Of a DNA stretch of 64,000 bases, positions 10,369 to 20,492 are shown piece by piece. The DNA is taken from NCBI RefSeq assembly GCF_000142905.1, contig NW_013657666.1, positions 196,631 through 260,630 on the forward strand. Direction: 5' to 3'. Below the pieces are notes generated by a model, which was not told the DNA's origin, ran no database searches, and saw nothing but the letters and a program-made list of their open reading frames with translations. The stretch's first letter is position 1. Each line of letters opens with the position of its first letter. This DNA comes from Thecamonas trahens ATCC 50062 (lineage: Eukaryota; Protista; Apusomonadida). Made by a program: the position numbers and the translations under genes.

Positions 10369-10862
10369 GTTGCCTCTCTGCCTACGTGCGCCCGCTCTGC
10401 GCCTGCTGCTCTCCCTGAGCAGTGCTCGACAGGTGGGTGGGTGTGCGGGGTGTGCGAGTGGGTGGACAAGCGGGCAAGCGGGTCGGGTGGAGCCTGCCGT
10501 CTCCCTCTCCGCTGCCACAGCCAGCCACCCACTTTGGAGTCCGAGCGTGAGTCGGACGGAATCACAGACACACACATACACACCCGCGCACATACACGCA
10601 CGCACAACGGCTGCATCGATCATGGGTTGACCCCCCCCCCCCCCCCCCCCCTTTCCCCACATGCCCCGCACAATCGAATCACCTCCATGTTGCAACAGAT
10701 CTGCATCGGAATGCCCATCGAAGCCATTGGAGCTCGGCGGGAGCAGCCCATCCTCTCCCGCTGCTCCCCCCCCCCCTCCCCCAGTCCCCCCCCACCCCGC
10801 CACGCCATAGCCTTTGGCGACAACACCTCAGCACACCACTCTTCCACTCTTACTCGAGCAAG

Positions 10863-13298
10863 ATGGCGATGGCAGACGTTGGAGCGAGTGCTAGCGTGCC
10901 GATGGAGATGGAGCAGGCTGGGAGCAGGCTGGAGACCGTGGCGCCGTATGGCCTGGTGGAGGTCAAGGTGGTGGGGACCGGGGCGGTCGATGCGCCGCCG
11001 TCGGTGGCGCTCTCGTTTGGCTCTGCAGGCATTCTGTTCAACTGCGGCGAGGGGACGCAGCGGCTGTGTATGAACCACAAGATCCGTGTCAAGCGCTTCA
11101 CCCATGTGGCGCTGACCTCGCTGCGGTGGGCGGCGACGGGCGGCTTGCCCGGCATGCTGCTCACGCTGGCCGACACCGGGCTGACTGCCATCAACCTCAC
11201 CGGCCCGCTGTATACCGAGCACTGGCTCGATGCCACACGGTTCTTCCTCCAGCGCAACGATCTGGACATTGCGGTAGCGACAGTCGGCTGCAATGCTCCG
11301 CTGGTGGTCGACATTCCGGCCGGCGATCCATCGTCTGCCAACCGGCCCATCATGCGGATGACGGCGGTGGCGCTTGTGCCGGCAGGCGCCCCGGCAGATG
11401 TCGAGATCCCGTCGACGGGGCGGATCAACATCCGCGCGGCCTCATGCCGCGGCAAGCGCAAGCGCATGGAGCGTGAGTCGGTCGGCCCGGCTGACGGGAG
11501 CGCGGCCTCGGCGGGCAATGACGACGACGCAAAGCGGTCCAAGCTCCTCACTACCGACGCAGGCGAGACCAACGCCCGCCCCCAGCCGTATACCATACCT
11601 GACGAGGTCATTGCCGCGGTTGAGGCCGATCCGTCGACCCGGTTCCTGCGGCCGTTCGACTCGGAGGCGAGGGTTCCGCTTGTCGACGCCGCCGCGGCCT
11701 ACGTCGTCGAGCTCCCGCCAATGGTCGGTAAGTTCAATGCCAAGGCTGCTCGCGAGCTCGGCGTCCCGCCTGGTCCGCTGTACAAGCAGCTGCAGCACGG
11801 CCAGCCGGTGGTGCTCGAGTCGGGCGGCGTAGTCCAGCCACACCAGGTCATGGGCCCGCCAACGCCCGGACCGGCAGTGGCCGTCATTCCGTGCCCGAAC
11901 GCGGGGTATGTGGACGCGGTAACGCGCTCGACAACGCTTCGCGCCTCGCTTGCAGGCGTCCAGAAGCTCGCGCTCATCGTCCATCTCACGCCGCCGGCGG
12001 TCTTTGAGTCGCCCGAGTATCTGAGCTGGGCGCAGAGTCTCGGCGAAGGCGTCGAGCACATGGTGCTTGATGGCGGCTACGCGTCGAACCGGTACATGTT
12101 CACGGCTGCGACACGGGCGGCGCTCAAGCTGCACGCGCTCGAGGCCTCACTCTACCCCAAGCCGTGGCGGTGCGTCGCCGGCGGCGCGCAACTACCGGAC
12201 GACCTCCCGATTGCTGCCAAGCGTGGTGACATGCTCGACACCTATCTCCTCTCACCGCCCAAGAAGCTGGGCTGGGTGGCTGGCACCCAGCCGGCGCTTA
12301 TCGACGAGGAGGCCATTGCTGCCAATGTTGCCATAACGCTTGCCAGCGTGCCGCCACCAGAGACGCCAGCCGAGACGGTGGCGCCGGAGCCGCTGCAGGT
12401 CCTCTTCCTCGGCACCGGCGCCGCGCTCCCGTCCAAGTACCGCAACGTCTCGGGCACGCTCATCCACGTGACCGACGACACGCGGCCTCCATACGCCTTT
12501 CTTCTCGACTGCGGTGAGGGCTCGGTCGGGCAGCTGCGGCGGCGGTACGGGCCAGACGGCGCCGACGAGGTTCTTGCGAGCCTTGCCTTTGTCTTTGTCT
12601 CGCACATCCACGCCGACCACCACCTAGGGCTCGTCTCTGTTCTTGCGCGGCGGACCGCGCTTGGCCTCCCGCCGACAGTGGTGATCGGCCCGGCGGCGCT
12701 CGGCCTGTGGCTGGCCGAGATTGCGTGCTTGGAGGGCATGGCGTACACCTTTGTCGACTCTTGGCACTGCCGAGTGACGCGCGCCGGGGCCACGCCGGCG
12801 ATGGACGATCCCGAGGCCGCGCCGCTCGGTGACGCGCTGGCCGCTGTCGGCATCGCCTCGCTCGCCGCTGTGCCAGTTGACCACTGCTTCCGGTCGTACG
12901 GCGCGGTCGTCCGCAGCGAGGCCGGGTGGAGCGTGGTTTTCTCCGGTGACTGCCGCCCGTCGCCGCTCCTCGCCGCCGTCGGCACCGACGCCACCGTTCT
13001 CATCCACGAGGCAACGTTCGAAGACGAGCTCGCCCACGAGGCTGTGGCCAAGAAGCATGCAACAACTGGCGAGGCCGCTGGCGTCGGCGCCGACATGGGC
13101 GCCACAACCGTTCTCCTCAACCACTTTTCGCAGCGCTACCCCAAGATCCCGGTCATGGACGTCGGCGCCTACGCCGCCCGCACCGCCCTCGCCTTTGACT
13201 ACATGACCATCACTCCCGCCGACGTCCCGCTCGCAGCCTCGCTAGTCCCTGCTCTCCAGGCGCTATTCGACGAGCCCGATGACGATGACGAGGCATAA
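10863..13298 (+). CDS. ELAC2: Long-form RNase Z (tRNA 3' endonuclease)
   Basis: LFNCGEGTQR, GLPGMLLTL, GP-rich exosite LGVPPGP, FLGTGAALPSKYRNVS, SHIHADHHLG, SGDCRP, HEATF, HFSQRYPK. Confidence 0.95.
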   Translation: MAMADVGASASVPMEMEQAGSRLETVAPYGLVEVKVVGTGAVDAPPSVALSFGSAGILFNCGEGTQRLCMNHKIRVKRFTHVALTSLRWAATGGLPGMLLTLADTGLTAINLTGPLYTEHWLDATRFFLQRNDLDIAVATVGCNAPLVVDIPAGDPSSANRPIMRMTAVALVPAGAPADVEIPSTGRINIRAASCRGKRKRMERESVGPADGSAASAGNDDDAKRSKLLTTDAGETNARPQPYTIPDEVIAAVEADPSTRFLRPFDSEARVPLVDAAAAYVVELPPMVGKFNAKAARELGVPPGPLYKQLQHGQPVVLESGGVVQPHQVMGPPTPGPAVAVIPCPNAGYVDAVTRSTTLRASLAGVQKLALIVHLTPPAVFESPEYLSWAQSLGEGVEHMVLDGGYASNRYMFTAATRAALKLHALEASLYPKPWRCVAGGAQLPDDLPIAAKRGDMLDTYLLSPPKKLGWVAGTQPALIDEEAIAANVAITLASVPPPETPAETVAPEPLQVLFLGTGAALPSKYRNVSGTLIHVTDDTRPPYAFLLDCGEGSVGQLRRRYGPDGADEVLASLAFVFVSHIHADHHLGLVSVLARRTALGLPPTVVIGPAALGLWLAEIACLEGMAYTFVDSWHCRVTRAGATPAMDDPEAAPLGDALAAVGIASLAAVPVDHCFRSYGAVVRSEAGWSVVFSGDCRPSPLLAAVGTDATVLIHEATFEDELAHEAVAKKHATTGEAAGVGADMGATTVLLNHFSQRYPKIPVMDVGAYAARTALAFDYMTITPADVPLAASLVPALQALFDEPDDDDEA

Positions 13299-13547
13299 AA
13301 CGCAAGGATCCCCCCTCCCCCCCCCCCCTCTAGCCGCCCACCGCCCGCCGCCCGCCACCTCCGCCACCTCGCCGCTCACCAACAATTCTTATTCATGGCG
13401 ACAGCCAGCCACCCCCCGTCACCCTCCGCAACTCGCACACCCACATACACATACACACCCCACCCCCACCACCCCCACCCCCTACCCCCTCCCTCCCTCC
13501 CCACACAAGACTGCAGGTCGGCGAAGCAAGAACACCCCAGCAGCAAC

Positions 13548-15917
13548 ATGTCGTCATCGTCGTCTTCGACAGCGTCAGCGTCGTCGGCGAATGGAGGAAC
13601 CAAGCCGGCGACCAAGAGCGGAGAGACTATTCGCCTCGACGAGCCTGAGGAGCTGCCGCCCATCGCCAACGAGGTTGCCATTCCGCTGGAACCTGTGAAC
13701 GGTGGTGGCGGTGAGCACGGGGCCGGTGCCCGAGATGAGGCTGGGGAAGCAAGCAAGAGCAACGACGTGGAGGGCGGACAGACGCGGACGCAGCAGGTGA
13801 CCGGGTACGTTCTGCGGGCGCGGGACGTGGTGATGGCCTCGCTGGAGGTTGTGCTCTACATCCTGTTCTTGGTGGCGTTCTGCCTCATGGCGTACGGCGC
13901 GCGGAACTCCACGTACTCGTACCACTACAACGCGCTGATGAAGGATCTGTTCCTGGAAGAGGAGTTTCCGGTCTCGTCGTCGCACATCCTCAAGAACTTC
14001 TACGACTGCGCCACCATCGAGGAGGTGTGGCAGTACCTCAATGGGCCATTCCTGGCCGGGCTGGCCGACAACGGGTCCAACGGGCCCGACGGGTACATTT
14101 ACGGCGTCAACAGGCTCATCGGCATGGCGCGACTGCGACAGCTGCGAGTTAAGCCGGGCAAGTGCCCGCTGCTCGGCGCCTTCAAGTCGTCGTTTGCCGT
14201 GCAAGGCTGCCTTGCGCCGTACAAGGAGCAGTACGAGAGCCGCGAGACGTTCTCGGCCGGCACGGCACCATTCCGGTACGCCTCCGAGAGCGAGGTCGGC
14301 GGCTTTGAGGTGCTTGGCCGGATCACCCGGTACGACGGTGGCGGCTTTGTCGAGTACTTTAACGGGACGAGCAGCGACGCGAGCAAGATGGCGTTTCTGC
14401 AGACCAACAACTGGCTCGATGTGCAGACCCGGGTGGTTGTCGTCGACTTTTCGACGTACAACGCCAACATCAACATGTTCTTTGTCGGTCAGATGGTGTT
14501 TGAGTTTCTTCCGTCGGGTGGCGTCGTACCGTCGTCAGTCTTCCGGGTCATTCGCTTCTACCGCTACCCGCCGACGGCCTCTGGCCGGTTCCAGATCTTC
14601 CTCGAGCTCACTGTTGCGGCATTTGTCCTCTTTTATGTGTTGCAAGAGCTGTTTGAGATGAAGCAAAAGGGCATCGGGTACCTCTCGGACGGATGGAACT
14701 TTTTCGACATTGTCAACCTGCTCCTCTTCATCACTCTCTTTGTCTTCCGCATCATCATCACTGTCGAGTTCAACAAGCTCCAGCTGACCAACTTTGAGGG
14801 CAGCTTGCGGTACTACAACTTTACCAACCTGGTCACCCTCTCGTCGGCCGAGTTCAACATCCTCTCGCTCAACGGTTTTCTCCTCTTCTTCAAGGTTCTC
14901 AAGTATGCTCGGTTCTCAAAATCGGCCCTCATCATCACCAAGACCATCAAGCGGGCGGTCCTCGGCATCGCCGCCCTCACCGTCATGGTCATGTTCCTCC
15001 TCCTCGGCTTTGCCTTTTTCGGCAACCAGTCGTTTGGCACCGACGTCGACAGCTACCGCACCTTCACCTTTTCGCTCCTCACCATGGTCCGCGGCCTGCT
15101 CGGCGAGCTCGACTTTGAGTCGCTGTGGGCCAACAACCGGCTCATGGGCCCGATCTTCTACCTCGCCTTTGTCATCCTCTTTGTCTTTATCCTCATGTCG
15201 GTCTACATTTCCGTCATCGACGACGCCTACGGCCGCGTGCAGGACAAGTACGAGAACCGGCCCAACCCGCACGCCCTGTGGATGACCTCGCTCAAGGACT
15301 ACGCCGCTGGCCACATGCCGGCTAAGGTCAAGTCCTGGCGCGAGGCGCTCCGCAAGCAGAAGGAGATCGAGCGCGCCCAGCGTGGCGTCCTCGCCGCAGA
15401 CACCAACAACGACGACAAGATCGACCGGTCCGAGGCCCAGGCCCTCCTCGCTCAGCAGCAGGACATGGCCCAGTACCTCGGCGTCGACAACGTCGACGAC
15501 CTCTTCGCAATGTACGACGCCGACCAGGACGGTCAGCTCGATCTGGAAGAGCAGGCTGCCATCATGGCCCGCCTCGAGGAGGAGCGTGCCCGCTACTCGG
15601 CCATCTGTCAGGACCTCGCCACAGACGGCGCCGCCGACGACTCGGACCTCCCGCCGCCATCCGCGCACACCGCCATGCGCCTCCGCGCTCTCGCAGCCGC
15701 CGACGATGACCGCGACGAACTGGGTACCCGCGTCGAGTCGCTCGAGACCCTCGTCGCCTCGCTCCACGGCAAGCTTGACGTCGCCCTCGACTTTTTGCGC
15801 TCCATCACAGCCCAGCAGGCCCGCGCTCGCCGTCGCCGCCGCACCGCCTCGGTCAACCTCTCCCAGCTGGCTGACGCCCGTCCTGCCCATGCTCGTCCGT
15901 CGTCAACCATGCAGTAA
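13548..15917 (+). CDS. PKD2: Polycystin-2 (TRPP)-like cation channel with C-terminal EF-hands and coiled coil
   Basis: NRLIGMARLRQLRV, YDGGGF, NWLDVQTRVVVVDFSTYNANINMF, six TM segments, NRLMGPIFY, EF-hand loops DTNNDDKID and DADQDGQLD. The start could instead be 13395. Confidence 0.9.
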   Translation: MSSSSSSTASASSANGGTKPATKSGETIRLDEPEELPPIANEVAIPLEPVNGGGGEHGAGARDEAGEASKSNDVEGGQTRTQQVTGYVLRARDVVMASLEVVLYILFLVAFCLMAYGARNSTYSYHYNALMKDLFLEEEFPVSSSHILKNFYDCATIEEVWQYLNGPFLAGLADNGSNGPDGYIYGVNRLIGMARLRQLRVKPGKCPLLGAFKSSFAVQGCLAPYKEQYESRETFSAGTAPFRYASESEVGGFEVLGRITRYDGGGFVEYFNGTSSDASKMAFLQTNNWLDVQTRVVVVDFSTYNANINMFFVGQMVFEFLPSGGVVPSSVFRVIRFYRYPPTASGRFQIFLELTVAAFVLFYVLQELFEMKQKGIGYLSDGWNFFDIVNLLLFITLFVFRIIITVEFNKLQLTNFEGSLRYYNFTNLVTLSSAEFNILSLNGFLLFFKVLKYARFSKSALIITKTIKRAVLGIAALTVMVMFLLLGFAFFGNQSFGTDVDSYRTFTFSLLTMVRGLLGELDFESLWANNRLMGPIFYLAFVILFVFILMSVYISVIDDAYGRVQDKYENRPNPHALWMTSLKDYAAGHMPAKVKSWREALRKQKEIERAQRGVLAADTNNDDKIDRSEAQALLAQQQDMAQYLGVDNVDDLFAMYDADQDGQLDLEEQAAIMARLEEERARYSAICQDLATDGAADDSDLPPPSAHTAMRLRALAAADDDRDELGTRVESLETLVASLHGKLDVALDFLRSITAQQARARRRRRTASVNLSQLADARPAHARPSSTMQ

Positions 15918-16066
15918 TGAACATACACGCCTGCCTGCCACACGGCTCCACCACCACCTCTGCGAACGAACAACCTGCGGCACACCCTCACCACTCGCAC
16001 ACCCAGCCCTCCCCCTCCCCCCCCCCTCCCCCCCCCCCCACCACTCCACCTAATCGTGTAGCTTCC

Positions 16067-17449
16067 ATGCCCGAGTCTCCCATCGTTTACCGGCGACGTC
16101 CCGCGTCGTCGCCGTCGGCCCCGTCCGCCAACGGGTCGTCGTCGGCGGCGGCCGAGACCAAGCAGGCGGGCTTGGCGGCCAGGACGGCATTGCGCCGCGG
16201 GTTCTGGGGCTCACAGCACCCGATGGTGCATCGGACGGTGATTGTGGCCACCTTTCTGGCGCTGACAGTGGTGACGGACGCGCTGGCGCCGACGTCGGAT
16301 GAGGCGAGCCTGCTCGAGGCCTTCATCCCACGCAGCGTCTTCCGGGCCGTCCTCATCACCTGGGTCTCAGCCTCGCTCTTCACCTACGATCCGGCATACG
16401 CCTACCCCTACACGCTCGCCTTTACTGTCCCGCTCGTAACCATGTACTTTGCGCACCTGGGATGCTACCACATGGTCGTCCTGCAAGTCTTTGGTGTCAT
16501 TCCGGCGCTGGAGCTTGTCTCGCCCAAGAACCACTTTGACCTCACCCGCGAGGAGGAGAATCAGCTCCGCAGCATGCGCTCGTTCCGGTACATCACCTGG
16601 ATCTGGGTCCCGCTCCAGCTCGCACACATTGTGTGGGGCATGTACGTGGCCTCGGCGTGGGGCCTCTCCCGCTCACAGCTTGCGCTCCTCACGGCGTCGA
16701 TCGGGATCTCGACCGGCGGCCTCGGCATCAACTTTGCGCACGAGCTCATCCACAAGCCGACCAAGCTCGAGAAGGGACTTGGCCGCATCCTTCTCGCCTC
16801 GGTCTGCTACGGCTCGTTCTACGTCGAGCACCTGTACGGCCATCACCGGCACGTCTCCACGCCGCACGACCCGGCGTCGGCGCGCTACTCTGAGTCGCTC
16901 TACGCCTTTCTTCCGCGCACGCTCGTCGGCTCGTTCCGCTCGGCATGCCACATCGCGGCAGCGCGGTGCGTCAAAGCCGGCGTTCCGGTTCTGTCGCTCT
17001 CGAACGAGGTCTACTCGCTCCTGGCCGTCTCGGCTGGCATGGCCGCCTGCGCCTGGGCCATCTTTGGCGCTCTCGGCCTCGGCATGTTTTTCGGGCAGTC
17101 GGCCGTCGCCATCCTCCTCCTCGAAATCGTCAATTACATCGAGCATTTTGGTCTTGCCCGCAAGCCGTCGGACAAGTACGAGGGTGAGTTCGAGCCGGTC
17201 ACCCCCATTCACTCGTGGAACTCGACCGCGTGCATCACTGACCTCTTCCTCCTCAATCTCCAGCGGCACTCGCACCACCACGCCAAGGCTGGCGATCGCT
17301 ACCAGATACTCCACTCTTACGACGACTATGAGGCTCCGCAAATGCCCACCGGATACGCCGGCATGATGCTTCTCGCCCTCGTCCCGCCGCTGTGGTTTGC
17401 GGTCATGCGGCCGCGCGTCGATGCGCTCCGCGAGCGCAATCTGCTCTGA
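16067..17449 (+). CDS. alkB: Membrane di-iron alkane 1-monooxygenase (AlkB family, not the DNA-repair AlkB)
   Basis: All four His boxes are present: AHELIHK, EHLYGHH, NYIEHFGL and LQRHSHHH. Also TPHDPASAR, HSWNS and PQMPTGYAGM. Confidence 0.92.
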   Translation: MPESPIVYRRRPASSPSAPSANGSSSAAAETKQAGLAARTALRRGFWGSQHPMVHRTVIVATFLALTVVTDALAPTSDEASLLEAFIPRSVFRAVLITWVSASLFTYDPAYAYPYTLAFTVPLVTMYFAHLGCYHMVVLQVFGVIPALELVSPKNHFDLTREEENQLRSMRSFRYITWIWVPLQLAHIVWGMYVASAWGLSRSQLALLTASIGISTGGLGINFAHELIHKPTKLEKGLGRILLASVCYGSFYVEHLYGHHRHVSTPHDPASARYSESLYAFLPRTLVGSFRSACHIAAARCVKAGVPVLSLSNEVYSLLAVSAGMAACAWAIFGALGLGMFFGQSAVAILLLEIVNYIEHFGLARKPSDKYEGEFEPVTPIHSWNSTACITDLFLLNLQRHSHHHAKAGDRYQILHSYDDYEAPQMPTGYAGMMLLALVPPLWFAVMRPRVDALRERNLL

Positions 17450-17672
17450 CTCTTACAGCCTGACGATGCAGGAGAGAGAGAGAGTGTGTGTGTGTGTCTG
17501 TGTGTGTTTGTGCGCTTGCTTGTACGCACTTGATGATTTGTGATAATTATCCCCAAGCACAACTTCCTGTGCGATGCCCATCATCGGCCCGGCCCGGCTG
17601 GCCCAGGCGAGGAGACGATGTTGCGTTTGGAGGAAGGAGGGGCGGGAAAAAGTACCACTCAACTGCGCAACC

Positions 17673-18309
17673 ATGCCGCTCAACGACTTTGTCAAGGTAG
17701 GTGGCAGGGAGTGGCAGAGGGTGGATAGTCGGGGAGGCGGACGGAGGAGGGAAAAGATGGGAGTGTGTGTGCTTGTGTGGTGGCAGAGGAAGGGGGTGGG
17801 CAAGGGCGTGGTGGCTGGCTTGGCTGGGCTGACTTGGCCTGGCTCGGGCGTGTGGGATCCACTGCGGTGAGGTTTCTTGGCGCGCGCAACCGAAGGAAGC
17901 AGGGGGGGAAGGGGAAGGGGGGGGGGGGGGGGGGGGAGGGAGGGGGAGGGAGGAGAGTGTGTGTCAGACACTTACACATGTGCGTGTGCGTGTGTGTGTT
18001 TGTGTGTATGTGTGTGTGTTTGTGTGTTTATGCGCATGGCGTATGGTCGTGGCTTGCGTCTGGCGGTGTTCGCCCGCTCCCTCCCCGCCGTGGCGCGTTT
18101 GGGGGGAGACCAGGCCAACATGGGCCTCTGCATCGGCGCCAGTGTTCTCCTCACGGCTGCCGTCTACTTCCTCGGCCGCATGCGCCGTCGCCGCCGTGTC
18201 GCGCTTGACCCCAAGGTACGGGAAGAGGAGGGGTAGGGGTAGGGAGGGCGTGGGCGGTGGTGGGGGTGGGTTGCAAGGCGGCATGGACTGATACCCACTG
18301 TGTATGTAC

Positions 18310-18386
<77 letters not shown>

Positions 18387-19179
18387 GTAGCGTAAGATCG
18401 CGCTGCCGCTGATCAAGAAGGTGGAGCTGTCGCACGACACGCGGCTGTTCCGGTTCGGTCTCCCGAACGAGGATGATGTGCTGGGTCTCCCGATTGGCCA
18501 GCACGTCTCGCTCTCGTACACCTCTGACGAGGGCAAGCTTGTGGCGCGGTCGTACACGCCGACGTCGTCGGACGACGATGTTGGCTACGTCGACTTTGTG
18601 ATCAAGGTCTACTTTGCCAACGTGCATCCCAAGTTCCCCGAGGGCGGCAAGATGTCGCAGCACCTCGAGTCGCTGGCGCTCGGCGACACCATTGACGTGC
18701 GCGGACCCAAGGGCAAGCTCGACTACAAGGGCCGTGGCACCTTTGCCATCCAGGCCAAGATGGGCCAGCCGGCCAAGATGGTGACGGCCAACAAGGTTGG
18801 CATGGTGGCCGGCGGCACCGGCATCACGCCGATGCTGCAGATCATCCGCGCCATGCGCAAGGATCCGCTCGACAACACCGAGGTCTGGCTTCTTTTTGCC
18901 AACCAGACCGAGGACGACATCCTCCTCCGCGAGGAGCTCGAGGAGGAGGCTGCCCGCAACCCGGAGAAGTTCCACCTGTGGTACACCGTCGACCGCCCCA
19001 CCGACGGCTGGCAGTACTCGTCCGGCTTTGTCTCGGAAGACATGCTCCGCGAGCACATGCCCGAGGCTTCGGACGAGACCCTCATCCTCTTCTGTGGTCC
19101 GCCGCCCATGGAGAAGTACGCTGTCGCCCCGCACGTCAAGACTCTTGGCCATGCCGATGACAAGTACTTTGTCTTCTAA
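17673..19179 (+). CDS. CYB5R: NADH-cytochrome b5 reductase, membrane-anchored; exons 17673-17696, 18114-18215, 18391-19179
   Basis: Two phase-0 GT-AG introns give MPLNDFVKANMGLCIGASVLLTAAVYFLG...LSHDTRLFRF. Motifs GLPIGQHV, RSYTP, GGKMSQHL, AGGTGITPM and CGPPPM. Confidence 0.93.
18309..18384. repeat. (CG)8(TG)30 alternating purine-pyrimidine tract in intron 2 of CYB5R
   Basis: Seen directly; it ends immediately before TTGTAG, the 3' splice site. Confidence 0.95.
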
Positions 19180-19250
19180 CTCTGTTTTCCCCTGAGCAAC
19201 CCGTAAATGCAAACTCTGCTCTCGCCCGCCGCCCCCGCTACTGCCGCCAC

Positions 19251-20306
19251 ATGCGCGGACGATCGCGCCGCCGCCGCACATCCGTCTTTGCCGCTGCCGC
19301 CACCGCCGATGCCCGCGCCAAGGCTGCCGCCGATGCTGCTGCCAAGGCCACCGCTGATGCTGCTGCTGCTGCCTCCGCCCGCCGCGCCGCCCTGCATGCC
19401 CGCCTCTCGCTCCCGGCCGCATCGACATCCACCAAGCCCATGCCCGCCCCACCGACTTCCGCGCAACCGGCCCCACCGACTCCCCCCCCGGCATCTACGC
19501 CCTCACCGCCGCCCTCGCCGTCCTCGGCTCTGTTATCGAACCCGTCATCATCATCATCATCATCATCATCATCGTCGCCATCGTCATCGTCGTTGTCCTC
19601 CTCCTCCTCCTCGCCTGCTGCGCCTACCGCTGCCGAACTTGCTGAAACGCTCTCGGCGGCGTTGCGGCACCGCTGCGACCGCAGCAAGCTAGTGGCGCTT
19701 GCAACCGCGCTCGAGCTTGCGGCAGCGCAGCCTGCGGTGGTCGCCGACGCCGTGCTCCAACTGTTGGGGCCGGCGACCGGGCCCGAGGCCGCGGCGGTCG
19801 TCGACGAGGTGATGACAACCGGATCCGGCTCAGCACGCCTAGCGCGAGCGCTAGCACAAGCGCTGGGCCCCGCACTGCCACAAGTGGTACGCGCCCGTGG
19901 CGGCCCACACCCACGGCGCGCCTGGCTCACCGTCCTCCGCCAGTGGGAGGCGTCGTTTGTCCTCGAGCCCGCGGCCATCGACCCCATGCTCGCGGCCACC
20001 GTTCCTCAACCTGCTGCCGCCGTCTGCGCCGCCCGCGCCGCCCTGGCCCAGCTTTCTGCCGCACCATCATCACAGCTCATTGCCGCCCGCACCGCACTTG
20101 GCGGCAACGTCCTTACCAGCAACGATCGCGACCCGGTCGTCCCGCCACACATCACCGCCGCCATCGTCGACTCGGATCTCGGGCTCGACGGGGTTCCGCT
20201 CCGCAAGCGGCGGACATCCCACAGCTACGAGTCGCCCAGCATCCGCCGCCATCATCTGCCGCCCAGATCCGACAACGAGCAGGCGTATGCTTCGGCGGGA
20301 CAATGA
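19251..20306 (+). CDS. Hypothetical protein with a poly-Ser linker and a helical domain weakly resembling a CID
   Basis: 351-aa ORF with host-like codons. The VLRQWEASFVL segment resembles the end of a CTD-interacting domain, but the match is weak. Confidence 0.45.
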   Translation: MRGRSRRRRTSVFAAAATADARAKAAADAAAKATADAAAAASARRAALHARLSLPAASTSTKPMPAPPTSAQPAPPTPPPASTPSPPPSPSSALLSNPSSSSSSSSSSSPSSSSLSSSSSSPAAPTAAELAETLSAALRHRCDRSKLVALATALELAAAQPAVVADAVLQLLGPATGPEAAAVVDEVMTTGSGSARLARALAQALGPALPQVVRARGGPHPRRAWLTVLRQWEASFVLEPAAIDPMLAATVPQPAAAVCAARAALAQLSAAPSSQLIAARTALGGNVLTSNDRDPVVPPHITAAIVDSDLGLDGVPLRKRRTSHSYESPSIRRHHLPPRSDNEQAYASAGQ

Positions 20307-20492
20307 GCGAGATGACCGGTTTGATAACAGGCAGCAGCGTGCGCATGAGCGAGGCCGGGAGACGGTGCGGTGACGTGAGGTTGGCGTCGGGCGTACGGCG
20401 GCGTACGCCGACGCCACCCTCTCAGCATACACCCCACCCAGCCAGCCAGCCAGGCCAGCCAGTCAGCCACCTACATATAGACACAGACGGGG

